This document shows, one piece after another, positions 1 to 10,959 of a stretch of 64,000 nucleotides of DNA. A model generated the notes under the pieces. It worked only from the letters and a program-made list of their open reading frames with translations. It did not search any database and was not told the DNA's origin. The translations under genes and the position numbers were made by a program. Position 1 is the first letter of the stretch. The number at the start of each line of letters is the position of its first letter. This DNA comes from Alphaproteobacteria bacterium (lineage in GTDB: Bacteria > Pseudomonadota > Alphaproteobacteria > UBA7887): positions 159,633-223,632 of the forward strand of contig JASLYQ010000001.1 of NCBI GenBank assembly GCA_030739735.1. The letters are read 5' to 3'.

Positions 1-1662
1 CGCAAAAAGCGCACTATCACGGTTAGCGATAATGGCATCGGCATGAGCCATGACGAGTTGATCGCTAATCTCGGGACGATCGCGCGCTCTGGCACCGCCG
101 CCTTCGTCGAGCAGATGACCGGCGAGGGCGCCAAGGATACGAGCCTGATCGGCCAGTTCGGCGTCGGCTTCTACAGCAGCTTCATGGTCGCCGATCGGGT
201 GACGGTGACGAGCCGCGCCGCCGGCAGCAACAAGACCTGGCGCTGGATCTCGGACGGCAGTGATGCCTTTACGCTAGAAGCCGTTCCGGAGCAGGCGCGC
301 GGCACCACCGTGAAGCTGCATCTGCGCCGCGGCGAAAACGAGTTTCTCGAGTCCGACCGCCTGCGCAGCATCGTCACCACTTATTCCGACCACATCGCTA
401 TTCCCATCTGCTTTACCAAGGACGATGGCGAGGCAGAGACGGTCAATACCGCCTCCGCGCTCTGGATGCGGCCCAAGAAAGAGATCTCGCAAGAGCAGTA
501 CACCGAGTTCTATCACCACGTGGCGCATGCCTTCGACGAACCCTGGCTAACCCTGCATAACCGCGCCGAGGGCAGACTGGAATACACCAACCTGCTGTTC
601 GTGCCGAAGACACCGCCGTTCAATCTATTCGATCCTGAGCGCAAGCATGGCGTCAAGCTCTACGTCAAACGGGTCTTCATCACCGACGAATGCGAGGGTC
701 TGGTGCCAGCTTGGCTGCGTTTCCTGCGTGGCATCGTGGACAGCGAGGACCTGCCACTCAATGTCAGCCGCGAGATGCTGCAACACAGCCCCGTGCTGGC
801 GCGCATCGGTAAAGCGCTTACCAAGCGCGTGCTGACCACCCTGGAAAAGAAGGCAGAGAAGGAGCCCGAGGCCTATGCCGAGTTCTGGGAGGCCTTCGGC
901 GCCGTGCTCAAGGAAGGCCTGTACGAAGGCGGCGATTGGCGCGATACGCTGCTCAGCTTATTTAGGGCGCCCGGCGCCCGTAGCCAAGGCCTGGTCGGGT
1001 TCGCCGATTATGTCGCGTGCATGAAAGACGGCCAGGACGCCATCTATTACATCACAGGCGAGGACCTGGAGGGCTTACGCCACAGTCCGCAACTCGAAGG
1101 TTTCGTCGCGCGCGGGCTCGACGTGCTCCTGCTGAGCGATCCCATTGACGAGTTCTGGGTCACCGCCGTACCTGACTACAAGGGCAAGCCCTTTAAGTCG
1201 ATTACCCGCGGCGACATCGACCTGTCTACCGTCAAGGGCGATGACGGCGATGTCAAGGCAGAGGAGAAGCCGCCGCTCGCAGAAGGCATGAGCGAACTCG
1301 TCGTGGCGCTGCGCGAAGCGCTTGGCGAGGCCGTAAAAGATGTGCGCACCTCCGAGCGACTAACCGACAGCGCGGTCTGTCTGATCGCCGACGAAGGCGC
1401 GCTGGACATGCGCTTGGAGCGCCTGCTACGCGAGCACAAGCAGCTCGGCCAGGCGGCCCAGAAAATTCTGGAGATCAACCCGCAGAACCCGCTCATTACA
1501 TCGCTCGCAGCGCGTGCCAAGGCCTCACCAACAGACCCAGCGCTAGCCGACGCTGCTCAACTCCTGCTTGACCAGGCCCGCATCATCGAAGGTGAACCGC
1601 TCCCGGACCCCGCCGCCTTCGCCAAGCGCATGACCGACGCCATGGCGCGTGGACTGGCATAA
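1..1662 (+). CDS. htpG: Molecular chaperone HtpG (Hsp90), 5'-truncated by window edge
   Basis: Frame open from base 1 (RKKRTITVSDNGIGMS); Hsp90 motifs NLGTIARSG, IGQFGVGFYS, LYVKRVFI, LPLNVSRE. Confidence 0.97.
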   Translation, partial: RKKRTITVSDNGIGMSHDELIANLGTIARSGTAAFVEQMTGEGAKDTSLIGQFGVGFYSSFMVADRVTVTSRAAGSNKTWRWISDGSDAFTLEAVPEQARGTTVKLHLRRGENEFLESDRLRSIVTTYSDHIAIPICFTKDDGEAETVNTASALWMRPKKEISQEQYTEFYHHVAHAFDEPWLTLHNRAEGRLEYTNLLFVPKTPPFNLFDPERKHGVKLYVKRVFITDECEGLVPAWLRFLRGIVDSEDLPLNVSREMLQHSPVLARIGKALTKRVLTTLEKKAEKEPEAYAEFWEAFGAVLKEGLYEGGDWRDTLLSLFRAPGARSQGLVGFADYVACMKDGQDAIYYITGEDLEGLRHSPQLEGFVARGLDVLLLSDPIDEFWVTAVPDYKGKPFKSITRGDIDLSTVKGDDGDVKAEEKPPLAEGMSELVVALREALGEAVKDVRTSERLTDSAVCLIADEGALDMRLERLLREHKQLGQAAQKILEINPQNPLITSLAARAKASPTDPALADAAQLLLDQARIIEGEPLPDPAAFAKRMTDAMARGLA

Positions 1663-1663
1663 C

Positions 1664-1849
1664 GTGCAGACCTATCACTGCAGCTGCTACTGTGGCGCCG
1701 TACACTTCGAGATCAATCCCGACTATGTGCAGAATGCTTGGCCCGAGTTCGCGGCATTCAATTCGGTTAATTGGGTCGTCAAGTGCAACCGTGAGAGCCC
1801 GGTAAAAGTGAGGCTGAAGATCTCCGAGGGGCTGCCCATAGTTAATTAA
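1664..1849 (+). pseudogene. Remnant of a GFA/CENP-V (Zn-binding) family gene N-terminus
   Basis: GTG start 1 nt after the htpG stop; MQTYHCSCYCGAVHFEI resembles the GFA start (GxCHCGAVxF), but the later CxCxxC motif is absent. Confidence 0.5.
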
Positions 1850-2421
1850 ATCTCGTTGCGCACGCCAAGAATACCGCTGGCGGTTGCAATCTCTTCGGTC
1901 TTGAGACGACGCCCATCCGCCAGCGCTTCTTCGAAGGTCTCGCAGGCCTGATGGCGGGCGAGGCGGCGGGCAATCAGAGTATCGATGTCCTCGCCGCCCG
2001 TGGCAACGTGACCGGCGCGGTAGGCAGCAGCCATGATCTCGGCAAAAGGCGTACCCGTCTTCAGCAGATGCGCATTGGGTCCGAGCACGCGCTCATAGGC
2101 CTTGTTGTACCAGAGCAGTAGGTCGTCAGCCGTATAGATCACGATGACGGTGTCGAGGTCGTGCACGACGGCTTCGTCGAGTGGCGCCTCGTCTTCGGTC
2201 GACAGGCGCAGCAGCCAGACCGCAGCGATCCCCGCCGGCAAGGGTAGAGCCTCAACGTGCGCGCCTTCGACATCGAACGATGTCACAACATTGCCGGATA
2301 TCGCCCCGGCTAGCATCTCCTGCGTCACGTCAACGCCCATCTCGCCAAAGGCCGGACTGGTCCAGAGTCGGACGAAGTCGCCCGCCGTGCCATCGCAAAT
2401 AGCGATTGCCGGCTGGCTCAA
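1846..2421 (-). CDS. PAS-fold (PAS_7-like) domain protein with no output domain
   Basis: C-terminal half LLLWYNKAYERV..GTPFAEI..RRLARH..LADGRRL..ASG fits the PAS_7 pattern; 4-nt overlap with the SDR stop. Confidence 0.6.
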   Translation of the reverse strand: MSQPAIAICDGTAGDFVRLWTSPAFGEMGVDVTQEMLAGAISGNVVTSFDVEGAHVEALPLPAGIAAVWLLRLSTEDEAPLDEAVVHDLDTVIVIYTADDLLLWYNKAYERVLGPNAHLLKTGTPFAEIMAAAYRAGHVATGGEDIDTLIARRLARHQACETFEEALADGRRLKTEEIATASGILGVRNEI

Positions 2422-3182
2422 AACTGTACACGCTGGGTCAACCCGCCATCAACGATGACATTGCTGCCGGTAATGAAGGCGGCGGCCGGGCTCGCCAGGA
2501 AGACCGCAGCGGCGGCGACTTCCTCGGGCGTGCCCATACGGCCCATGGGATTACGTGCCAGTGCACCCTGATAAATCTCGGGCTGGTTAAGGCGGCGGTC
2601 GTCCCAGACCCCGCCCTCGAAGAAGATGGTGCCAGGCGAGACTGAGTTGGCGCGCACGCCTTTCGGTGCCAACTCATTGGCGAGATTCGAGACATAGGTG
2701 ATCAGCGCCGCTTTAATGGCGTTGTAAGGGCGCGCGCCACCGAAGAACTCGAGCGCGGCGATACTCGAGATGGCGACGATAGCTCCCGCGCCTGCGGCCT
2801 CAAGATGCGCGCGCGTGGCGTCTACGGCATTGAGCGTGCCGAGAATATCGCCCTCGAAGGCCTGCCGCCAGCCGGCCTCATCCTGGGTCAGTCCGAAGCC
2901 GCTGACATTGGCCACGAGAATATCGATACCACCGAAAGCTGTGGCACTGTCATCAGCCCAGCCCACGACAGCATCTCGCTCGCGCACGTCGAGGGCACTA
3001 CCGCTAGCCTGGCCCGAACTGATGCCCGCCAAGGCTTTCACTTCCACCGCCACTGCGTCCGCATTGCGAGCACAGATAGCCACGTCGCAGCCCTCACCAG
3101 CGAGCCCACGCGCGATCGCCTGTCCGATGCCACGCGTGCCTCCAGTGACCAATGCTCGTTTTCCTGCCAGACCAAGATTCAT
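2418..3182 (-). CDS. Short-chain dehydrogenase/reductase (FabG-like)
   Basis: TGGTRGIG, YNAIK catalytic motif, NPMGRMGTPEEVA. Confidence 0.93.
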   Translation of the reverse strand: MNLGLAGKRALVTGGTRGIGQAIARGLAGEGCDVAICARNADAVAVEVKALAGISSGQASGSALDVRERDAVVGWADDSATAFGGIDILVANVSGFGLTQDEAGWRQAFEGDILGTLNAVDATRAHLEAAGAGAIVAISSIAALEFFGGARPYNAIKAALITYVSNLANELAPKGVRANSVSPGTIFFEGGVWDDRRLNQPEIYQGALARNPMGRMGTPEEVAAAAVFLASPAAAFITGSNVIVDGGLTQRVQF

Positions 3183-3200
3183 GTGTCCCTGTCCTTTCTC

Positions 3201-4043
3201 TCAGGTGCCCTTTGTCGCCGGCTTTCTGGTCTCGAGAAAATCGTCGAACTCGGCCTGCGTCTTAGCCGCATTAGCTTTTATCTGCCGCGCCACGTCCTCA
3301 GTCTGAATCATCGCCGCCTGCCAAGTGGCGATGTGGTTTAGGCCGTCATCGATGCTGTGGTCACGGGCATAATTCAGCATTTGCTTGGTCCCGGTAATGG
3401 CCAACGGCGACTTGGCCGCGATATCTGCGCCCATCTCCATCGCCGCGGCGAGTAGCACCTCGGCATCGTCGTGAACCGAATTCACCAGGCCCACCGCGTG
3501 CGCCTCCTCGGCCGACAGTGGCCGGCCCGTATAGGCCAACTCGCGCACCAAGCCGGCGGGCATCAGATGGGGCAGACGCTGCAGAGTGCCTACATCCGCA
3601 GCCATCCCGATATTGATCTCCTGGATGCGGAAATAGGCATCCGCCGAGCACAGCCGAATATCGCAGGCCGAGATGAGATCTACGCCGCCGCCGATGCAGG
3701 CGCCCTGTACGGCAGCGATGACCGGAATGCGGCAACGGTCGATCACGGAAAAGCTCTTCTGCATGTCGAGCACGCTGCGCCGCAGCCGCTCGCCGCGCCG
3801 ACCGGCATCGCCTTCGCAGTCAGCGAAGGATTCCATGACACTGAGTTCGAGGCCGGCAGTGAAGTGGCGGCCGGTCGAGGAGATGATAGCGGCGCGCACC
3901 GCCGCATCGCTGTCGACGGCGTCGAACACCGCAACCATGTCACGCCAGAACGGCAGAATCATGGTGTTGAGCGCCTCCGGCCGGTTGAGTCGGATATGCG
4001 CGACGTGATCTTTGACCGTAAGGGTCAAGGTCTCATAGGGCAT
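3201..4043 (-). CDS. Crotonase/enoyl-CoA hydratase family (dienoyl-CoA isomerase-like)
   Basis: LNRPEALN, FTAGL, GACIGGGVDL, ADVGTLQRLP. Confidence 0.92.
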   Translation of the reverse strand: MPYETLTLTVKDHVAHIRLNRPEALNTMILPFWRDMVAVFDAVDSDAAVRAAIISSTGRHFTAGLELSVMESFADCEGDAGRRGERLRRSVLDMQKSFSVIDRCRIPVIAAVQGACIGGGVDLISACDIRLCSADAYFRIQEINIGMAADVGTLQRLPHLMPAGLVRELAYTGRPLSAEEAHAVGLVNSVHDDAEVLLAAAMEMGADIAAKSPLAITGTKQMLNYARDHSIDDGLNHIATWQAAMIQTEDVARQIKANAAKTQAEFDDFLETRKPATKGT

Positions 4044-4162
4044 GCTGGCTCGACCTTTTGGGACATACGACAGCGCTAATCATATCGCACGGCGCCAGAT
4101 ATTGAAGTCAACGAAGTCGAGGCAGTTGAGGCAGCGTCAGCGAGAGCTTGAGTCCGGGCGCC

Positions 4163-4666
4163 TCAAGCACGGTCGATCTCGTCGGAGGACAGCTTCACCC
4201 GCACCTCGCGCCCGAGCAGATGCAGCATGACAACCACGCGGTCCGTGTCACCCTCGACCTCCAGAATGCCTTCGAGAGCGCGCATCGGCCCGGATTCGAT
4301 GCGCACCTTGTCACCCGACTTCAGGCCACGGGCAAGCGTGTAGTGACCATCCTCATCGGCGCGCGCGCGCAGCGCATCAATCACCGCATCGGCTAGCGCC
4401 AACGGGCCGTCGCCGCTACCTACCAGATCGGCGACGCCATAAGTCGAGAGCACGGGGCGCCACTGCTCGCCATCGAGGTCCAGGACGACAAAGAGATAGC
4501 GCGGAAACAAAGGCCGCAGCACCTGTTCACTACGTCGGGCACGACGACGCTGCTTGCGGTAGAGCGGCAGCCAGGCCTCGAAGCCCTGGCGCTTAAGGTT
4601 CTCCAGCGCCCGCGCCTCCGCATGGAGCCTAGTGTGGACGGCATACCAGCGCTTTCCGGCGCTCAT
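4163..4666 (-). CDS. rfaH: Transcription antitermination factor RfaH/NusG paralogue
   Basis: WYAVHT..E..A..NL.RQGF, PLFPRYLFV (NGN domain), KOW motif GDKVRIESGP. Confidence 0.85.
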   Translation of the reverse strand: MSAGKRWYAVHTRLHAEARALENLKRQGFEAWLPLYRKQRRRARRSEQVLRPLFPRYLFVVLDLDGEQWRPVLSTYGVADLVGSGDGPLALADAVIDALRARADEDGHYTLARGLKSGDKVRIESGPMRALEGILEVEGDTDRVVVMLHLLGREVRVKLSSDEIDRA

Positions 4667-5448
4667 GAACCAGGCTCCAAATCAGCCATGACGATGTGGC
4701 CGTTGATCAGGTACCAAAGAATGCCAAGATATTCGTGCAGGGCGGCACGGCTACCGGCCAGGCCTGCGGCACTGGGCAGATAGGGCGCTAGCACACCGAG
4801 TGGCTGTCGAGGTGATGCGTGCGGGGCCGGCGCATGGGCACTCACCGTGAGCCCCACATGGCGCAGGTTCGCCGCCATGCGCGCAACATGAACGGGCGAG
4901 GTGACGAGCACGATGTGCGTGCCGCCGAGACGCTCGGCGATGGTACGCGCTGCCGCTGCCGTCTCGGCGCTATTGCGCGCGCCAGATTCGAGCAGAACTG
5001 TCGGGTCATCAGGCCGGTCGGAACCGATCATGCCAAGTTGGCGAGCGACGCTGACAGCCTCCGTTTCCGCCTCGCCGAGTGGGCTGCCGCCGATCAGCAC
5101 CAGGGGCAGGCTGGTGCGCTCGGCCAGCGCCTGGCCGGCCACTGCGCGGCGGATGCTGGCCGACGACGGCCACCAGCCACCTTGCGAATCGGCGAAAATA
5201 CCGGCCGTCGGCACCACGATGGCCACGGCATCGCCTGGCGTTGCGACATCAAAGGACGGCGCCGCCTCGCCGAGCTGGGTCTCGAGCCAAGTCGCGACTA
5301 GTGGCACGCTGAGGCCGAGAAAGGCGAGCGTCGCACCTCCAATCAGCACCAGGCTCCAGCCGCGGTGCAACCACAGAACAAGGCCCAATAGCAGCATTGC
5401 CAGAATCGGCATAGGCAGGGTGAGCAGGGTCTCAGTCACCTCTCGCAT
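4663..5448 (-). CDS. YdcF/ElyC (DUF218) family membrane protein
   Basis: Two N-terminal TM segments, LIGGSP..EA, LESGARNSAETA, LVTSPVHVARM, LHEYLG; start moved to ATG at 5448. Confidence 0.85.
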   Translation of the reverse strand: MREVTETLLTLPMPILAMLLLGLVLWLHRGWSLVLIGGATLAFLGLSVPLVATWLETQLGEAAPSFDVATPGDAVAIVVPTAGIFADSQGGWWPSSASIRRAVAGQALAERTSLPLVLIGGSPLGEAETEAVSVARQLGMIGSDRPDDPTVLLESGARNSAETAAAARTIAERLGGTHIVLVTSPVHVARMAANLRHVGLTVSAHAPAPHASPRQPLGVLAPYLPSAAGLAGSRAALHEYLGILWYLINGHIVMADLEPGS

Positions 5449-5550
5449 TTCGAGCTTTTTCTCCCTCGGCGCCGCGTTGCAAGCTGCGGCCCGCTCCCAT
5501 ATGGTACAAGGGTCCTGACCACTCCCTGGTTCGCCCACACACTGCCAAGT

Positions 5551-7029
5551 ATGACTCAGCCGAGTGAAAATGCCGAGCCCAGCGGCAAACGCGCGAGCCT
5601 TAGCGCGCGCAAGCGGAAGGCGCTCGCCCTGGCCGAGGCGGTGGCCAGCGAGCGCACCGGTTGGATAGCCCGCAATCGGTATTTCTACGACGACCACTAC
5701 CGCTATCTGCGCTTCCTCGTGCCGGAAAGCTCGCACGTGCTCGACCTCAGCTGCGGTATTGGTGATTGCTTGGCGGCGCTGGCGCCGGAGCGCGGCGTCG
5801 GGTTCGACCTCAGCCCGGCCATGATCGAAGTAGCGCGCAAAGAGAACCCGCAGTTCGAGTATCATGTCGGCGACATCGAGTGCACTGCAGCCATCGCCGA
5901 CCTCGAAGGCCCGTTCGACGCCATTATCTTGTCAGACACCATTGGCAACCTCGAAGACATTGAGATCACCATTGAGGCCCTGCACGCGTTATGTGCCCCC
6001 GACACACGACTGATTCTCTGCTATTACTCGCGCGCTTGGCAGCCGCTACTGCGTCTGACCGAAAAGCTTGGCGAAAAGCAACAACAATTACCGCAGAATT
6101 GGCTCAGCACCGAAGATATCAGCGCCCTGTTGCAGCTTGCTGATTTCGAGGTGATCAAGCGCGAATGGCGGCAATTGCTGCCCAAGCGCTGGCTCGGTTT
6201 GGGTTATCTGATCAACCGTACTTTCGGCACGCTGCCTGTGCTGCGGCGCTTCTCACTGCGAAACTATATCGTCGCCCGCCCGCTTCCCAAGCGCACCATG
6301 CCTGCAGAGCTGCCCTCGGCGACCGTGCTCATCCCCTGCCGTAACGAGCGCGCCAATATTGCCGCCGCCATCAAGCGCATGCCACACTTCGCGCCGGAGC
6401 AGGAGATCCTCTACGTCGAAGGGCACTCCAGTGACGGCACCTGGGAGGAGATCCAGCGTGTCATCGAGACTTATCCTGACTGGACCATCCGCGCTGTGCA
6501 GCAGGACGGTAAGGGCAAGGGCGATGCCGTGCGCAAGGGATTCGACGTGGCCGCGGGTGAGGTGCTAATGATCCTCGATGCTGACCTTACCGTACCACCC
6601 GAGACGCTACCCAAGTTTTACCGCGCGCTGGTCGCCGGCAAGGGCGAATTTGTTAACGGCACGCGGCTCGTCTATCCGCTCGAGAAAGAGGCCATGCGGC
6701 GGCTCAACTTGATCGCTAACCGCACCTTCTCGCTGCTCTTCTCATGGCTGCTCAACCAACGCCTGACCGACACCCTGTGCGGCACCAAGGTGTTGACCAA
6801 AGCCCATTATCGCAAGATCGCCGCCGGGCGCGCCTATTTTGGCGAGTTCGATCCGTTCGGTGATTTTGATCTCCTCTTTGGCGCCGCACGCCTGAACCTA
6901 AAGCTGGTAGAGATTCCCATCCGCTATCAGGCGCGAACCTATGGCGAGACCCAGATCTCGCGCTTCGCTGACGGCTGGCTGCTGCTGCGCATGGTCATCT
7001 TCGCCTGGCGCAAACTGAAAGCGCTTTGA
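5551..7029 (+). CDS. Fused class I SAM-methyltransferase and GT2 (dolichol-P-mannose synthase-like) glycosyltransferase
   Basis: VLDLSCGIG (SAM site), then IPCRNE, GKGKGDAVR, ILDADL, DTLCGTK. Confidence 0.88.
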   Translation: MTQPSENAEPSGKRASLSARKRKALALAEAVASERTGWIARNRYFYDDHYRYLRFLVPESSHVLDLSCGIGDCLAALAPERGVGFDLSPAMIEVARKENPQFEYHVGDIECTAAIADLEGPFDAIILSDTIGNLEDIEITIEALHALCAPDTRLILCYYSRAWQPLLRLTEKLGEKQQQLPQNWLSTEDISALLQLADFEVIKREWRQLLPKRWLGLGYLINRTFGTLPVLRRFSLRNYIVARPLPKRTMPAELPSATVLIPCRNERANIAAAIKRMPHFAPEQEILYVEGHSSDGTWEEIQRVIETYPDWTIRAVQQDGKGKGDAVRKGFDVAAGEVLMILDADLTVPPETLPKFYRALVAGKGEFVNGTRLVYPLEKEAMRRLNLIANRTFSLLFSWLLNQRLTDTLCGTKVLTKAHYRKIAAGRAYFGEFDPFGDFDLLFGAARLNLKLVEIPIRYQARTYGETQISRFADGWLLLRMVIFAWRKLKAL

Positions 7030-8018
7030 GCGCCCTGTTAGCGGGGCTCGTTGCTGCCGCGCTGGCCTGGGCCACGACCGGGGCGCTGCGAAAGCTGCTC
7101 ACGGCCAAAGAGATCCTCGATCACCCCAATGCGCGCTCGAGCCACGCGCACCCTATACCGCGCGGCGGTGGCATCGCCGTGATGGCGGTAATTTTGTTCG
7201 GCTGGCTGGCTCTCGGCCTCGCCGAGATCACGCCCTTGCGCCTGATTTGGCCGCTGCTCGGGCTGAGCTTCGGCTTGGCGCTGGTCTCCTGGGCCGACGA
7301 TTTGCGCGGGCTCTCGCCGCTACTGCGCTTTACGGCCCAGATCGCGGCCGTTTCCATTGCACTCTCGACCGTGCCACTCGGTCCACATTTCCCCGGACCC
7401 TTGCCGCTTTGGCTGGCGATCGGCAGCGCCGCACTGGCCTGGCTCTGGTTCGTCAATTTGTTCAATTTCATGGACGGTATCGACACCATCGCTGGTGTCG
7501 AGACTGTGACGATCGCAGGCGGAACCGCGGTAGTCGCAGCCGCCCTCGGCCTGCTCGACGGCAGCTCCTGGCTAGCCGCAGTCGTTGCCGGTGCGGCGCT
7601 CGGCTTCTTGGTCTGGAACCGGCCGCCGGCGCGCATCTTCCTCGGCGATGTCGGCAGCGTGCCACTCGGCTTTCTGCTCGCCTGGCTGCTCCTGTCGCTG
7701 GCCGCCCATGGTGCCTGGGCAGCAGCCTTGATTCTACCCGCCTATTTCCTTACAGATGCCACACTAACCTTGCTACGCCGCGCTTTGCGTGGCGAAAAAC
7801 CATGGCATGCGCATCGCGAGCATTTCTATCAGCAGGCGGTGCAGAAAGGTGCCGGCCACGGCCGCGTTAGCGCCAGTGTGGCGGTGGCTAATCTGGCGCT
7901 ATTCGCCTGCGCGTTGGCCAGCCTGCACGGCCTCAGCGCCGCTATCGCAGCGCTTGCCGCATCGCTAGTGATCGTGCTGGTTTTGTTGTGGTACCTTCGC
8001 CGCGGTGCCACCTGGTAG
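7026..8018 (+). CDS. MraY/WecA/WbpL-like polyprenyl-phosphate sugar-1-phosphate transferase
   Basis: NARSSH..P.PRGGG, DD, NLFNFMDGID, FLGDVGS, HREHFYQ; multiple TM segments. Confidence 0.92.
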   Translation: MSALLAGLVAAALAWATTGALRKLLTAKEILDHPNARSSHAHPIPRGGGIAVMAVILFGWLALGLAEITPLRLIWPLLGLSFGLALVSWADDLRGLSPLLRFTAQIAAVSIALSTVPLGPHFPGPLPLWLAIGSAALAWLWFVNLFNFMDGIDTIAGVETVTIAGGTAVVAAALGLLDGSSWLAAVVAGAALGFLVWNRPPARIFLGDVGSVPLGFLLAWLLLSLAAHGAWAAALILPAYFLTDATLTLLRRALRGEKPWHAHREHFYQQAVQKGAGHGRVSASVAVANLALFACALASLHGLSAAIAALAASLVIVLVLLWYLRRGATW

Positions 8019-8054
8019 GTGCCCATGTCCCAAGCGATCCATCCTGGAGAGACC

Positions 8055-9659
<1,605 letters not shown>

Positions 9660-9765
9660 TGCCGATGACGAGCAAGATTCGCCACCGCTGTGGAGCACAA
9701 GGAGGATATCGGACCCGAGAGCTTGCGAATGTTCAGCGCCCGCAAGCCGGCATAGGACGCAATCC

Positions 9766-10596
9766 ATGAACGGCGTTATCTCTTATTACGACGAGCACCC
9801 GATCAACGAGGTACAGATCCGCACGGCGCTGGCGCGCGAGGGCAAGGCGATGCAGAACCTTGTGCCCGAAGACCTCTACGACCACGACCAGGACCATTAC
9901 GGCGGCATCGACGCCACCCGCCGTCTAGCCCTGGTCTGTGGCATTCAGGTGAGCGATCACGTGCTCGACATCTGCAGCGGTATGGGCGGGCCGGCACGCC
10001 TGATCGCGCACGAGTGGGACTGTCAGGTCACAGGCATCGACCTCAACCCCAACCGCACACCCTCAGCTGCCCGGCTGACCGCGCTTGTGGGCCTCGAGGC
10101 GCGAGTGCGCTTCGTGCGCGGTGATGCCACAAGCTTGCCGTTCGGTGCGGAAAGCTTCGACCGGGCGATCGGCCAGGAGGCCTTTCTCCATATCGCCGAC
10201 ACGCGGGCGCTGTTCCGCGAGTGTTTCCGCGTACTGCGGCCGGGCGGGCGGCTTGCCTTCACCAACTGGATCGCGCTCGGCGCTCTGTCGGACGAGGAAC
10301 GGAAAGACCTTGCCAAGGGCATAGCCTTTCGCGGTGTTCATCCTCTGGCAAAATACCGCGGCTTCGTCACCGACGCCGGGTTCGACCCGGTCGAGGCAGA
10401 GGATGTGTCTGCCCATTGGCGCTGCATTCTGCGCGCCCGACTAGAGATGTATCGCAGCATGGAGGCGGATACCGTGGCCCAGTTTGGCGCCGAGCGCCAC
10501 CGCGCCTACATCACCGGTTACGAAATCTTCATCAGTCGCATCGAAGGCAAGAAGCTCGGCGGAGCGCGCTTTGTCGCCACCAAACCGCTAGCATAG
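9766..10596 (+). CDS. Class I SAM-dependent methyltransferase (sarcosine/dimethylglycine or sterol MT-like)
   Basis: [32 protein letters not shown]. Confidence 0.85.
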   Translation: MNGVISYYDEHPINEVQIRTALAREGKAMQNLVPEDLYDHDQDHYGGIDATRRLALVCGIQVSDHVLDICSGMGGPARLIAHEWDCQVTGIDLNPNRTPSAARLTALVGLEARVRFVRGDATSLPFGAESFDRAIGQEAFLHIADTRALFRECFRVLRPGGRLAFTNWIALGALSDEERKDLAKGIAFRGVHPLAKYRGFVTDAGFDPVEAEDVSAHWRCILRARLEMYRSMEADTVAQFGAERHRAYITGYEIFISRIEGKKLGGARFVATKPLA

Positions 10597-10860
10597 GAAG
10601 CACACCGCTGGGCGCTCGCTGACGGCCTCGACATCTTCCTCCGCCAGGAAGCGGCCGGTCACCAGCTCGTCGCCCGCAACCGGCCCCCAGGTGTAGGCCC
10701 GCCAGATCTCGAGAGGGTCAAACCAAACGCCGAATTTGCCCTTCGTCTCCCCACAGCATGAAAAGCCGGCAGCACACCTTTCCCCCCGGTGGCGCAGCTC
10801 GCCCGGTCGTGCTCAAGATAGATCGTCGCCCCGGCGCGATAGTCCTCGCACAGGCGCACG
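10588..10860 (-). pseudogene. Frameshifted C-terminal remnant of a haloacetate (fluoroacetate) dehalogenase-like alpha/beta hydrolase
   Basis: Across three frames reads CEDYRAGATIYLEHDR / KVCCRLFMLWG / FDPLEIWRAY..GRFLAEE; no N-terminal part. Confidence 0.75.
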
Positions 10861-10959
10861 AAACCGCCCACGACAGAGACATACTCAGGCGTGAATCCCT
10901 CGAAGAACACAACGCCGCTTGGTATAATGCTATCCGCATCCGCAAAAGGAGAGGGGAGC

